Virus record (IMG/VR): IMGVR_UViG_3300032265_000877
Span: 23,611-87,610 of that record
Length of the DNA stretch: 64,000 nt
Reading direction: 5' to 3' (one strand)
Source of the DNA: a virus
Positions 9,250 to 18,832 of the stretch are shown here, piece by piece. A program made the translations under genes and the position numbers. The notes under the pieces were generated by a model that made no database searches, was not told the DNA's origin, and was given only the letters and a program-made list of their open reading frames with translations. The first letter of the stretch is position 1, and each line of letters starts with the position of its first letter.

Positions 9250-11247
9250 TTAGCTTAGAATTCCGCCAGTAGCATTAAGAGTGACGCTTCCAATACCTGT
9301 AGCAGAAGGACTAGCTACAGTTCCTAGTTCGTATAGGGTAGGGATCTCATTAGAAGCGCAAACAATGTCCTTGACTGTAAGCGCTGTTACGGATCCCCCA
9401 GAAGAAACAGAAGATACGTTTGTTGCCACAAGTGCGTACGAGAAAGTGTTACTAGTTACTGCGGTAACAACATAAGTTCCATTAAAGGTAGTATCTACCC
9501 CAGTAACCGACATTGTTTCTCCTACTGTAAGGGTATGGGTAACGGAGGTTGTTAGGGTAGCTACGTTTGAAGTAAGAGCCTTATTAGTAATTGTATAGGT
9601 CTGGTCTTGATCGGCTCGCACCATCTTTAGCACTTGCTGGTATGCAACCCCGTTTACATTACCGATGGCGTAGTGCAGGTCAGAGATGCTGATAGTCTGA
9701 CCAAAGAATACGTTATCAATATAGAACACGTTATTAATAGCTGAGGTAACGTTAGCTATCACAGATGACTGACGGTATTGTGGGGCCACCGTTATGTTAA
9801 CAACAATATACACTCCAACATACTTAGGTGGTTGGAACGTAAGAGTTGTATTAGCGGGAGCTTTATTTGTAAGGTAATTTAAAACATTTGTTGCTGTTGT
9901 GTTAAAAACAGTAGTTGCTGTTGAGTTATCGGCCGCTACTCCCGGGTCACCCGCTGGAGCAATGTACAAAGTAACAGCACTATAAGTATTTGCTGTTGCT
10001 ATTGCTTTTGACACACCCGTAACTTGAACCGCTAAAGCCGCGTAATCGGATAAAGATACAGCCCTGTTAATCGCTCTAATGCTAAGAGGCGCGTTGATTC
10101 TAATAGAGTCAGTTGATTCAGGATCCGCACCGCCGGAAGCGGCACCGTCTCCTTGGGTTACTATGTCTTGGTTAGATACAGAAAGCCCTGAAGGGATAGC
10201 AGATAGTGAAGGTACCTTAATAACATATTTAATGGTATTTGAAGCAACGTTGCCGACTACTCCTCCACCAATACGGTAATTAACGTAGATTGTTGCTCCA
10301 TTTGGCGGAATAATTCCGCTGATGCCGTCGCCAAAAGTTAGATAGGTAATGTTGTTAGCGTTTGTAAACGCTGAAAACACAGGGTCATAGCTACCATAGT
10401 CAACTAAATAATCTACCTGTGTATAAGCAGTTCCATTAATAGTTACTTGAACGCTGTTGCTAATAACTGACTGATTTAGTAGTGCAAAGGTTTGGTTAGC
10501 TGAGCCATTAGAAGTTCCTACAGGCTCATTTGAAATGGTTTCGCCTTGAGTGGCTAGAACAGCCATTGTTCCAGAGAACGTACCAAAAGAAGACCCTGTA
10601 CCTGAAGGGGTAAAGCTTGCGCTTGGGTTGGCTACGGTAAATGTGTAGGCGCCAGAAGATCCGCCTATAGCTGTGACACTAAAGGTTCCGTTAAAGTAAG
10701 AAGGAGTAACTCCAGATACAGTAACCGAGCTCCCTACTTGAACTCCTTGAGTTGTAAGGCTGTATGTGTATGTGGCTACTGTTGTAGAAGACGCTGACGC
10801 TGCAGTTAGTGCGGCCCCAGTTGGAGGAACAATGATTGCTGAGTTAGTCTCAAACACAACCTGAGCTGTGGTTGCGTTAGCTACAAGCGAGGTTGCTGCC
10901 TGAGTAAGTGCTGGAAGAGAAATAGGCGTAGCACTTGAGTTCTGGAAGGTAAGATTTACCGTTGATGCAGTGCTGGTAGTAGGGGTATAACCTAATAGGT
11001 TAGCTAACTGAAGCACGCTTGAACGCTGAGTGGCCGTAGTAATAAACGACTCATTGGCTGCTCGGTCAATGTAGTAATTGAGGATGTCACCCATGTAAGA
11101 GAACAGTTCTACAAGGGTCATACCAAAGTCGGCGGGATCACGGTTAGTCCACTGTGGGGCAAAATTAGGGATAAGCGTGGTCATATCCAACAAAATAGAC
11201 GCGTAGTCTCTTGATGTATAGTTGATTGATGGCACGTAGTTAGCCAC
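9250..11247 (-). CDS. Baseplate J / T4 gp6-like wedge protein
   Basis: INYTSRDY, DFGMTLVELFSY, FGDG..G.IP, GGADPES, RAVSLSDY. Confidence 0.9.
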   Translation of the reverse strand: MANYVPSINYTSRDYASILLDMTTLIPNFAPQWTNRDPADFGMTLVELFSYMGDILNYYIDRAANESFITTATQRSSVLQLANLLGYTPTTSTASTVNLTFQNSSATPISLPALTQAATSLVANATTAQVVFETNSAIIVPPTGAALTAASASSTTVATYTYSLTTQGVQVGSSVTVSGVTPSYFNGTFSVTAIGGSSGAYTFTVANPSASFTPSGTGSSFGTFSGTMAVLATQGETISNEPVGTSNGSANQTFALLNQSVISNSVQVTINGTAYTQVDYLVDYGSYDPVFSAFTNANNITYLTFGDGISGIIPPNGATIYVNYRIGGGVVGNVASNTIKYVIKVPSLSAIPSGLSVSNQDIVTQGDGAASGGADPESTDSIRINAPLSIRAINRAVSLSDYAALAVQVTGVSKAIATANTYSAVTLYIAPAGDPGVAADNSTATTVFNTTATNVLNYLTNKAPANTTLTFQPPKYVGVYIVVNITVAPQYRQSSVIANVTSAINNVFYIDNVFFGQTISISDLHYAIGNVNGVAYQQVLKMVRADQDQTYTITNKALTSNVATLTTSVTHTLTVGETMSVTGVDTTFNGTYVVTAVTSNTFSYALVATNVSSVSSGGSVTALTVKDIVCASNEIPTLYELGTVASPSATGIGSVTLNATGGILS

Positions 11248-11653
11248 TTGTTACCTCCGTAATTACATCTCCAGACTGGTTAAGGATATCAGTTTTAACC
11301 ACTAGAGTCTCGGCTGTTGCCGATACACCGTACTTATAACTTATAATTACATTTAAATGGCCGTCTTGCTGGTCTACTGATCCGTTTACAGATAGCAGCG
11401 TTAAATAGCTCAACCATCTGGCAAATCCGCTTGCTACTTCTTGGCTGATTAAGGCCATAGCAGCATCCAAATTTTCAAAGCTGGCGGCCCTGGTCTTTGT
11501 TCCAAAACTTGGGCGCATAACCCGTTCGCTTAGTAGAGTCATGATCACTAGGACAATACGATCTTGGATAATCTTCTTCTGGTCATTTGAGTAGGCCACG
11601 GCCCCATTTGCATCAAAGCCAAACGGAAGAGAGATAGCGCTTGGTGTTGTCAT
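11240..11653 (-). CDS. gp25-like baseplate wedge / sheath initiator
   Basis: ISLPF..ERVMRPSFG motif. Confidence 0.88.
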   Translation of the reverse strand: MTTPSAISLPFGFDANGAVAYSNDQKKIIQDRIVLVIMTLLSERVMRPSFGTKTRAASFENLDAAMALISQEVASGFARWLSYLTLLSVNGSVDQQDGHLNVIISYKYGVSATAETLVVKTDILNQSGDVITEVTSG

Positions 11654-12327
11654 AGTTCAACTCCTAACCAGACGGGGTAATTTGGGTCTCCAGCAGTAAA
11701 CATAACCCAGACTTTTTGCCCAATACTAGGGACTAATCTGTGAGGTGTATGCTCTAAAGTGCTGGTTAAATCATTAAATGCAGAACCCGAAGAGGCATTC
11801 CAAAGGTTAGATTGGTTTACTGTTTTTACATGTGGGTGGGCCAATGTGTTACTTGATTGAGGAACTATGGGCTGGTATGACAAGTAGGCTGTGCTGGTTC
11901 CAGCGGCTAAAGACGTGGCGGCATACGGAGTGTTTGGGCAAGTAAATGAATAAGAACTTCCTGCTACCACTGTGGCAATAGCAAAGATGGTGTAAATGCC
12001 TCCGTTTACCGCAACCCCCGCACCAACAACGGCTTTTTGAGTTGTTGATGAGTATGTATAAATAGTTGATGTTCCAGAGGTAGTAACGTTAGTAACAGTC
12101 ACGCCAGCGGGCGTTGCAAGTAGTGCAGCCACTTGAACTGCTGTGTGTGGGATGTGGTCGGGATGGTTAGAGTTAGAGGTTACTGGAAGGCAAGGTTTAG
12201 CCCAGTCAGTTTCAGCCGTCCCTAGAACTTGTGGGACCTGAAGTTTGATCTTGTGCTTATTATCGGGGTCTACATTGTTAGTGCAGACTCCTTCGTATAC
12301 CCCATAAAAGCGCTTGTCTTCGTTCAT
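11650..12327 (-). CDS. Baseplate spike, gp5/gpV OB-fold with internal insertion
   Basis: FYGVYEGVC.NN.DP..DWA.PC and VPSIGQKVWVMF..GDPNYPVWLG halves of the gp5 OB fold. Confidence 0.85.
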   Translation of the reverse strand: MNEDKRFYGVYEGVCTNNVDPDNKHKIKLQVPQVLGTAETDWAKPCLPVTSNSNHPDHIPHTAVQVAALLATPAGVTVTNVTTSGTSTIYTYSSTTQKAVVGAGVAVNGGIYTIFAIATVVAGSSYSFTCPNTPYAATSLAAGTSTAYLSYQPIVPQSSNTLAHPHVKTVNQSNLWNASSGSAFNDLTSTLEHTPHRLVPSIGQKVWVMFTAGDPNYPVWLGVEL

Positions 12328-13655
12328 AGCACACTCGGTATCTTAGACAGTGCGGGGTTACTATAAGAAGCAGTGCTGCCAGCTGGTTGAGAGATAGGAT
12401 CTAATGTCAGCGTACCCGTCACCCAAACAGGGCCATTTGCCACGCCTTTAGCTCTATTAGTTTGTACTCCAAATACCCCGTTTGATTGAGGACCTAGGTT
12501 TGGGGTAGTCCTTCTAAGTACAGTTGTAGGGACAATCACTGTTTGAGCTACGCCAGGAATGATAGTTCTAGAAGGTGTGGTATTTGGTTTAACTATGTTT
12601 TTACCGTCAATCCAAGTAGTAGTTGTTCCTAAAGAATCTGTGCCCACATGAAGAATTGTTGTGTACGTCTGTGTGTTTCTTTCGGTTTCACGTACACGGT
12701 GCTCTGTACCCAATACAGTCCAGTATCCTGAATAGTAGTTCCCTAAACCATCTAAATACACTGGAGCATCCGGTCTAACATCTGGCGCCCCAAGCACTTC
12801 AACGGTAGCTCTATATGGGAATACGGTTCTATCTTCTGCGGCTTTAGCCTCATATGCAGCGACTGTGGCGTCGAGAACAACTACATCTGTAGCGTGTTTA
12901 TCAAAGAACTCTGGAGTTGTTTTATATTTAGTGTTTGCCGCACGCTTCTGTTGGGTAATAGACATAGAACTAACTGAGTTAGTATCTAGTCCATTAACTG
13001 CAATGGCGGCTTTAGTCTCATTGTCTTGCGGCATAGAATCACTAATAACGGGCTCAAATGAGTAAATGGTTGATCCGCTAGGGTTGTTTGCCTCATTCAT
13101 GTAGAAGTAACTGGCCTCTGAGCGCTTATTTGTAAACTCATAAAGCATAGGTTGAAAGTAGATCTCTGTGTTTTCTGTTCGTAGGCTATAGCCAGACTGC
13201 TTTGCTAGTCTGACCATTATTTCCCAATCAGTGTGTCCTGCTTGGGCTACTTGTGGATAAATGCGCGGGTGAGCTACGGTAAAACAAGCAAAGTTATTGC
13301 GCTTAGCTATTTGTTTAATAATGCCATCTGCCGATAGCCCTTTATAGACCTGCTGTGATTCATTCTTCATGACCATAGAGGCGCCAACAACCACAATCTC
13401 TGTTAAGAAGGTGCTTGGGGTTCTATTCACATTTACATGGTGGATATACCCATAGAAAGATCTAGACTTCTTAACCGTAGATACAGTGAACTTAACAGGT
13501 GACCCAGTAGAGACGACATCATAGTTAACGTTCCAGTCTCTAAACTGTATAGTTGCAATCTCATGTTGGTACCTATTTTGATAGAAGGTCATAGAGTACA
13601 CATGCGCTGGCGGCAAAGTTGTATTAGGGAACTCAACAGTTACGTAATTAAACAT
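12324..13655 (-). CDS. Baseplate hub (gp27 / P2 gpD / VgrG N-like)
   Basis: QAGHTDWEIMVRLA, G.PDVRP..VYLDGLG..YSG.W.V....H; position between LysM protein and spike. Confidence 0.8.
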   Translation of the reverse strand: MFNYVTVEFPNTTLPPAHVYSMTFYQNRYQHEIATIQFRDWNVNYDVVSTGSPVKFTVSTVKKSRSFYGYIHHVNVNRTPSTFLTEIVVVGASMVMKNESQQVYKGLSADGIIKQIAKRNNFACFTVAHPRIYPQVAQAGHTDWEIMVRLAKQSGYSLRTENTEIYFQPMLYEFTNKRSEASYFYMNEANNPSGSTIYSFEPVISDSMPQDNETKAAIAVNGLDTNSVSSMSITQQKRAANTKYKTTPEFFDKHATDVVVLDATVAAYEAKAAEDRTVFPYRATVEVLGAPDVRPDAPVYLDGLGNYYSGYWTVLGTEHRVRETERNTQTYTTILHVGTDSLGTTTTWIDGKNIVKPNTTPSRTIIPGVAQTVIVPTTVLRRTTPNLGPQSNGVFGVQTNRAKGVANGPVWVTGTLTLDPISQPAGSTASYSNPALSKIPSVL

Positions 13656-13929
13656 TAGGTATCCTGATTACAGTACCTGGGGTTATGTTATTAAAGTCAG
13701 CAATCTGAGGATTAAACTCAGGAATAATCCACCAGTACTGCGGGTTTTTGTAGTACGTCTGGGCTAATTGATCTAAGCGTTCACCCTCTAAGTAGACATG
13801 CTCATAGTAGTTAAGATTGCCTAGTGAAGAGAACTGATAAAACACAATAGGGTTTAAAGGCCCATTAATAGTGGTAGAGACAAAATCAATAGTAGAGTAC
13901 TCGTAGCGAGAGCCTTTATAGATAGCCAT
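13648..13929 (-). CDS. LysM / gpX-like baseplate protein
   Basis: GERLDQLAQTYYKNPQYWWII..NP..ITPGTVIRIP. Confidence 0.88.
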   Translation of the reverse strand: MAIYKGSRYEYSTIDFVSTTINGPLNPIVFYQFSSLGNLNYYEHVYLEGERLDQLAQTYYKNPQYWWIIPEFNPQIADFNNITPGTVIRIPNV

Positions 13930-13941
13930 GATTACCCTTTC

Positions 13942-15108
13942 TTACTTAGTTGTGCTCTTAGACACATTGCTTGTTAGTGCGACTCGTGAGAATACATTAA
14001 ATGACACAACAACTTCTGTGTGAAGCGGGATCATATTTTTATTAAAGACTGAGTGGTTAATGGCAAGACTATCTACCCATCCAATGTACGAAAGATTATT
14101 GGTTGCATCTGGGCCCAGTTGAAGGGCGATTGCGTTTGGTGACAAGAATCCAATATCAGCCGTCTCTCTTCCAAGAGAGTTATGCCAAGTCTTATTAGAG
14201 TCTGAGCCATTTCCAGAGCCATTAATTGCTCTAAACAAGTACTCAAGGTCATGCAGAGTACCCTTCTTCAGTAGATCTTGTAACAAAAGCTGTGGGTTTT
14301 GAGTGGCCCCAATAAACCCGCCCGGTGTGTAATCGTTGTAATTAAGAGCCGCAACCATGTTAAGACCACTCGAAGCCGCAGCTGCTGCTGCAAAGTCATT
14401 TATTCGGTCAATAACAATAGTAAATTGAACCGTCTCCATAGCAGTAAACTGCCCGTAAAGAGCTGCCATGGAATCAATAGAGCTCGGAGTAAAGTTGGCG
14501 TTTCTACTAACACCCACTTGAATATTTTGTGGATTCCACAAGAACTGAAAGCCCCAATAGCTTTGATCAGCAGTTAGTACATAGTTTGTACCTATTGCTG
14601 TTGTGCCAGTTGAAGTAGAGGCTGAACTAGTATCTAAGACTAAGTTTGTACTAGTTGGGGTAGTAGCATCAAAAGCAAACCATAACTTTGCTCTACGTAA
14701 TCCGTGGTTAGTCCCTACATAAGTATGGCCTGAGTTAGTTGAGTCTAGAGCAGCCGTGTTTAATGGCAAGCTTCGAACATGTGGGGGCAAATTAAATTTA
14801 ATTTTGCTTGGATCTAAGGGTATAGCGTCAACCCCGTTCCCTCCCCCTCCCCCACCAGCGGACGGGGCAGGCTTAATGATCGTTCCAGTAATTTGCTGAT
14901 TAAACTGTCCTTGCGTAGGCGCTGTTGCTCTTGGGGTGTTGCCCGCGGTATTTAAGTAGTCACGCAATTCACTATAGAAGAAGTTTCTTTGCGCTAAGCT
15001 GAGCTTAGCAACGTTTAACGCTGTTTGATGAACCGTTTTTAAAAATGCTTGTCCCTTAGGGGTAGCAAGAAAGTTTGCTGTACCTTGAATGATTGTGTTA
15101 TCTGCCAT
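13942..15108 (-). CDS. Tail tube initiator / hub-associated protein
   Basis: FQFLWNP..I.V motif; position between tape measure and LysM protein. Confidence 0.6.
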   Translation of the reverse strand: MADNTIIQGTANFLATPKGQAFLKTVHQTALNVAKLSLAQRNFFYSELRDYLNTAGNTPRATAPTQGQFNQQITGTIIKPAPSAGGGGGGNGVDAIPLDPSKIKFNLPPHVRSLPLNTAALDSTNSGHTYVGTNHGLRRAKLWFAFDATTPTSTNLVLDTSSASTSTGTTAIGTNYVLTADQSYWGFQFLWNPQNIQVGVSRNANFTPSSIDSMAALYGQFTAMETVQFTIVIDRINDFAAAAAASSGLNMVAALNYNDYTPGGFIGATQNPQLLLQDLLKKGTLHDLEYLFRAINGSGNGSDSNKTWHNSLGRETADIGFLSPNAIALQLGPDATNNLSYIGWVDSLAINHSVFNKNMIPLHTEVVVSFNVFSRVALTSNVSKSTTK

Positions 15109-17210
15109 TACTTAACCCCTACAGTAGTTACAGTAGTTTTATTCTTAAGAGCTTTTTGCATAGCATCCACAGTAGCTTGAGGGTTTTTGTCTGCTTGGAT
15201 AGTAACGCTAACCCCTCCATAATTATACGTTGTTTGGCTTGTAGTATTGCCTGCAGGAGCAACACTTGAGCCTCCAAATGCAGAGGCAAGCAAGGCACTT
15301 AACGATTGACGTTGGCTATCTGCCGTAGTACTAAATGGTAAAGCTGTAACTATCTTTCCAGAACTACTAACCGCCGTAGATCCCCCACTGCTTCCACTGC
15401 CTCCACTACCCGGAGAGTACTGTGTTCTTTTAGGATCTACTTTACCTGTAACCCAGCCAGACTCTACAATTGAAGACCAAATCTGATCAGCGCTTTTACC
15501 GCTGCGGAAAGCTGCAAGAATTTTATCGTAGCCCTCGCCTTTAGTATTAAGCAAGGTGGCCGCATCTGCCTGAGATCCTTGAGCTATATTTAAATATTTT
15601 TGAACGCCCACTTTGTTTTCGCTTACAGACCCCTTCATACGAAGCGTACTGTTTAGTGGGTTATTAAAACGCATAGGGTTATTGCCGCTCTCATAACGCA
15701 TCCACTGCTCTAAAATGTTTCTGTTAGTGGGTGTATTAGGAGCGCTAATGTCTTTAAAGAAGTTTGACTCAAAAGCTTTTACGTCACCGCCCATGTCTCT
15801 GTGCATATTGTTGAGCACATTATTAGGAATAACATACCCGTCGGTCTTAGGCACAAACAGCTCTGGACCAACTTCACCCACGATGTAAGGTTGCTTAGCG
15901 TCTGCGGGGCCGCCATCAGCAAGGAATCCAGCTAATAAGAAAGGAAGGATCTCACCTAAAACGCTTCCAGCAGCAATCTTTCCTCCAGCTTTTAAAGCAG
16001 ATTTAGCAGCAAATCCTGCTCCAAGTTTTGCTATAGAACCCAGAGACCCGTTTCCAAGTCCACCAAGCCCACCAAGTAACCCTTTACCGCCAGAAAGTAC
16101 TGCAGTTAAATCGCTCATTTTAATTGCAAGATTGTTCATGCCAGCGCCAATATCAGCAGCTCCTGCATAACCTCCGGCTTGAGCAGAGGCGGTAGATGTA
16201 AGTAGCCCTGTTTGATAGGCAGTTTGGTTAGCCATTGCTTGAATGGTGCTTGACTGAATACCTGCGGCCTTTAGCTGAGTCTTACTAATGTCGCTTAGCG
16301 CTTCTCCGCCGTACTGTGCTTTAGCAATAAGTGCGTTGCTAATAATAGTAAACATAGTCGGGTCATTGCTAAATAGCCCCATTAACATCCCGTATAACCC
16401 GTTACCTGGAGCTAAAGATATCTGCACTTCTCTTTTAGAAGGCTTTTTGCCCTGAAAACGGGTTATGTAATTCCAAATTTGATCAGCCAATTTATCAACT
16501 GGCATGATATTTCCTTGAGCATCACGGATGTTAATTCCAATAGTTTTTGCTAAATTAATTGTATTTGGGGCGTTCATAGTGCCCGTTACAGCTTGAGCAA
16601 TAGCAGTCTGCCCTAAACCAGGAGTGTAATTAGATATTTCAGCTACACCTTTTGCAACAGAACCAAAGTTATTTGCGTAACCTAAGGGTTGAAGCGCCGC
16701 TAAAGCATTAGTTGTGTCCATACTGTTATTAGCAATGCCAACGCGAGCCATCATATTTTGAAGGGCTCTAACGTTTCCAGTCTGACTTTGTAAAGATCCT
16801 GTGTAACCGCCCTGACCAAAGAAAGCGGAACGCTGCGTGAGGAAGTCCTGCATAACAGCCGTGTTAGTTCCTGGTAGAGCATTAGATGCAGCTCTTATTG
16901 CTTGAAGCCCGTAAGCCGCAGCCATTCCGCCAGCCATTCCGCCAGCCATTTCGCCCCTACTGCCGCCGCCACCAGACTGTGTAACGCCGTTAGGAGCCAC
17001 CTTAAACTTGCTACTTCCACCTGCGGTGCTTGATCCAGTTCCGCCAAGTATGTTAGCGGCCTTTTCACTAGCATCATTTAAAGCGCTAACAAGGCTATTG
17101 ATTTTTGGCAACACTGTGTTCTCAATGATGTTGCCAAGATGTAAGAAGTCTTTTTGAAGATTGGTAACAGAAGTGGAGGCGTTACCGATTAGACCACCGT
17201 TGGGTTCCAT
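15108..17210 (-). CDS. Tape measure protein with C-terminal lysozyme-like domain
   Basis: Ala/Gly-rich helical; ADGGP..YIVGEVGPELFVP motif; WMRYESG..NNPLN muramidase-like segment. Confidence 0.82.
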   Translation of the reverse strand: MEPNGGLIGNASTSVTNLQKDFLHLGNIIENTVLPKINSLVSALNDASEKAANILGGTGSSTAGGSSKFKVAPNGVTQSGGGGSRGEMAGGMAGGMAAAYGLQAIRAASNALPGTNTAVMQDFLTQRSAFFGQGGYTGSLQSQTGNVRALQNMMARVGIANNSMDTTNALAALQPLGYANNFGSVAKGVAEISNYTPGLGQTAIAQAVTGTMNAPNTINLAKTIGINIRDAQGNIMPVDKLADQIWNYITRFQGKKPSKREVQISLAPGNGLYGMLMGLFSNDPTMFTIISNALIAKAQYGGEALSDISKTQLKAAGIQSSTIQAMANQTAYQTGLLTSTASAQAGGYAGAADIGAGMNNLAIKMSDLTAVLSGGKGLLGGLGGLGNGSLGSIAKLGAGFAAKSALKAGGKIAAGSVLGEILPFLLAGFLADGGPADAKQPYIVGEVGPELFVPKTDGYVIPNNVLNNMHRDMGGDVKAFESNFFKDISAPNTPTNRNILEQWMRYESGNNPMRFNNPLNSTLRMKGSVSENKVGVQKYLNIAQGSQADAATLLNTKGEGYDKILAAFRSGKSADQIWSSIVESGWVTGKVDPKRTQYSPGSGGSGSSGGSTAVSSSGKIVTALPFSTTADSQRQSLSALLASAFGGSSVAPAGNTTSQTTYNYGGVSVTIQADKNPQATVDAMQKALKNKTTVTTVGVK

Positions 17211-17212
17211 AA

Positions 17213-17359
17213 CTACCTCCTACCTCTTTGGGCTCTTTCAAGCCAGTTCATTCGTTCTCTAACAGATAAATTTTTTATATCTGCCAGTGTCCATCCGGTA
17301 AAAGACCTAGTAAGAACCTCGTACTGGTCTAGTAAATTTTCGTAATCCGTGTCCTTATA
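17213..17359 (-). CDS. Tail assembly chaperone extension (GT/gpE'-like), probably reached by frameshift
   Basis: Open +1 frame YKDTDYENLLDQYEVLTRSFTGWTLADIKNLSVRERMNWLERAQRGRR between chaperone and TMP; missing from ORF track. Confidence 0.75.
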   Translation of the reverse strand, partial: YKDTDYENLLDQYEVLTRSFTGWTLADIKNLSVRERMNWLERAQRGRR

Positions 17360-18146
17360 TGCGAAACAAGTCAACAAGACTTAGTGGTAAAGCAATTCCT
17401 TCACCACATGCCTTGCACATCTTGCTCACCTCCCCAAGGCGTGGGCCCGGGTTCTTCTCAATAATCTGTTCTACAATCTTTGAGCGATCAGACATACTTA
17501 AGTTAAGTGCTGTACTGGCGCCCATAGAAGGCATTCCATTTACTGAAGCTACGCAGCCAGATAGTAGAAGAGTGTTAATCTCTGCAACTGTTTTGTCTGA
17601 GTTTTCTAACAATTTTCTCTGGGTAATGCCCGTTGGAAGGTTTACTACTACATACCCCTGCTTTGTCTCTACTTGCCAAGTGCGATCAGCGATAGGGTCG
17701 TCAAGGGTCTTTACAGGAATATCATCAACTAGGTCAATAGATGTTTCCTGCTCCTGTCCGCAACTTCCACATTGAACTTTAAGATCAAGAGTTTCGCCAA
17801 AGGTAATGCGGCGGATTCCTACAAGAATAGCGTCACGGTCTCCCGAAAGAAGGTTATCAAAGTCTTCTTTGTTAACATCCCTTGATCCGATCTTTATAAG
17901 ACCGCGTTGTAAAAGGACATTAATAGCTTTACCTGTGTTAGATGCTTTAGCAATAGCTTCTTCATCCACACCATTAAGCTCTCGAACTTCTACTGTCGTT
18001 ACAAGATCAGTTCCATCAATAAATCCACCAGGAAGCTTTACTTCAGGTCCTGGAGGAGCCTTGGTCTCAATGACCTTCTCTGGCTCCTCCATCGCCTTCT
18101 TTGCATACTGGTTTACGAGTTCTGCGTCAGTAATAACTGTTGCCAC
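17355..18146 (-). CDS. Tail assembly chaperone / hub assembly protein (T4 gp26-like, Zn finger)
   Basis: VRELNGVDEE, GDRDAIL..IRRITFG, CGSCG and CKACG; between tube and TMP. Confidence 0.8.
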   Translation of the reverse strand: MATVITDAELVNQYAKKAMEEPEKVIETKAPPGPEVKLPGGFIDGTDLVTTVEVRELNGVDEEAIAKASNTGKAINVLLQRGLIKIGSRDVNKEDFDNLLSGDRDAILVGIRRITFGETLDLKVQCGSCGQEQETSIDLVDDIPVKTLDDPIADRTWQVETKQGYVVVNLPTGITQRKLLENSDKTVAEINTLLLSGCVASVNGMPSMGASTALNLSMSDRSKIVEQIIEKNPGPRLGEVSKMCKACGEGIALPLSLVDLFRI

Positions 18147-18170
18147 GTTTTATTCTCCTAGTTGTTAGTC

Positions 18171-18818
18171 TTAGTATGTCTTGCCGTCTACTGGGTTACC
18201 CTTAGAATCTGTGAAGAATACAGAGATTCCTTCGTGAACTAGCTGCATAGTCTCAAACAAGATTGCTCCATTTGTAGCGTCTAGATCGGTGTAGTTTAGC
18301 CCAGTAATCCACGCATTGTGGACTTTAAAGGCCATCTGTGGGTAATCGGTTGTTGCGTTTGTATTTGGATGTTCATTTACATTGATAGTAATATCAACGC
18401 GGAAGTTAGTTCCAAATGGTGATGCAACTGATGGGTCATTAAGACCTGACCCAGCGGCTGCTGTAAAAATCCCACGCATCCATGACATTGCTTGATCATT
18501 TCCATAAAGAACTCCACGAGTGAACGATATAGGCTGGAAAGTAGTCATTCCAGGGATTTGATGCACAGTGGTGTTGTAGCCGCCCTCACGGTAAGGGATA
18601 GCTTGAGTAGAAACAGATAGACCAGAGATGTTAGTAAAGCCGCCCACCCAACCGTTTGATTGACCGGTAGCAGGTGTTCCACTGCCATCAGTAATCTTTG
18701 GAATAGTAGTTGCTGCGGTAAACGCTCCTGCTGGTGCAAAGCTAGCAGTGAACCTAAATCCGCGAATTGGATCAGTTGCAATGCTAGAATTAAACTGGCT
18801 AATTGTTGAGCTTGCCAT
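18171..18818 (-). CDS. Tail tube protein (T4 gp19-like)
   Basis: DPIRGFRF, SGLS..YREGG..PG..ISFTRG, ETMQLVHEG. Confidence 0.92.
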   Translation of the reverse strand: MASSTISQFNSSIATDPIRGFRFTASFAPAGAFTAATTIPKITDGSGTPATGQSNGWVGGFTNISGLSVSTQAIPYREGGYNTTVHQIPGMTTFQPISFTRGVLYGNDQAMSWMRGIFTAAAGSGLNDPSVASPFGTNFRVDITINVNEHPNTNATTDYPQMAFKVHNAWITGLNYTDLDATNGAILFETMQLVHEGISVFFTDSKGNPVDGKTY

Positions 18819-18832
18819 TGTTGTTTATCTCC

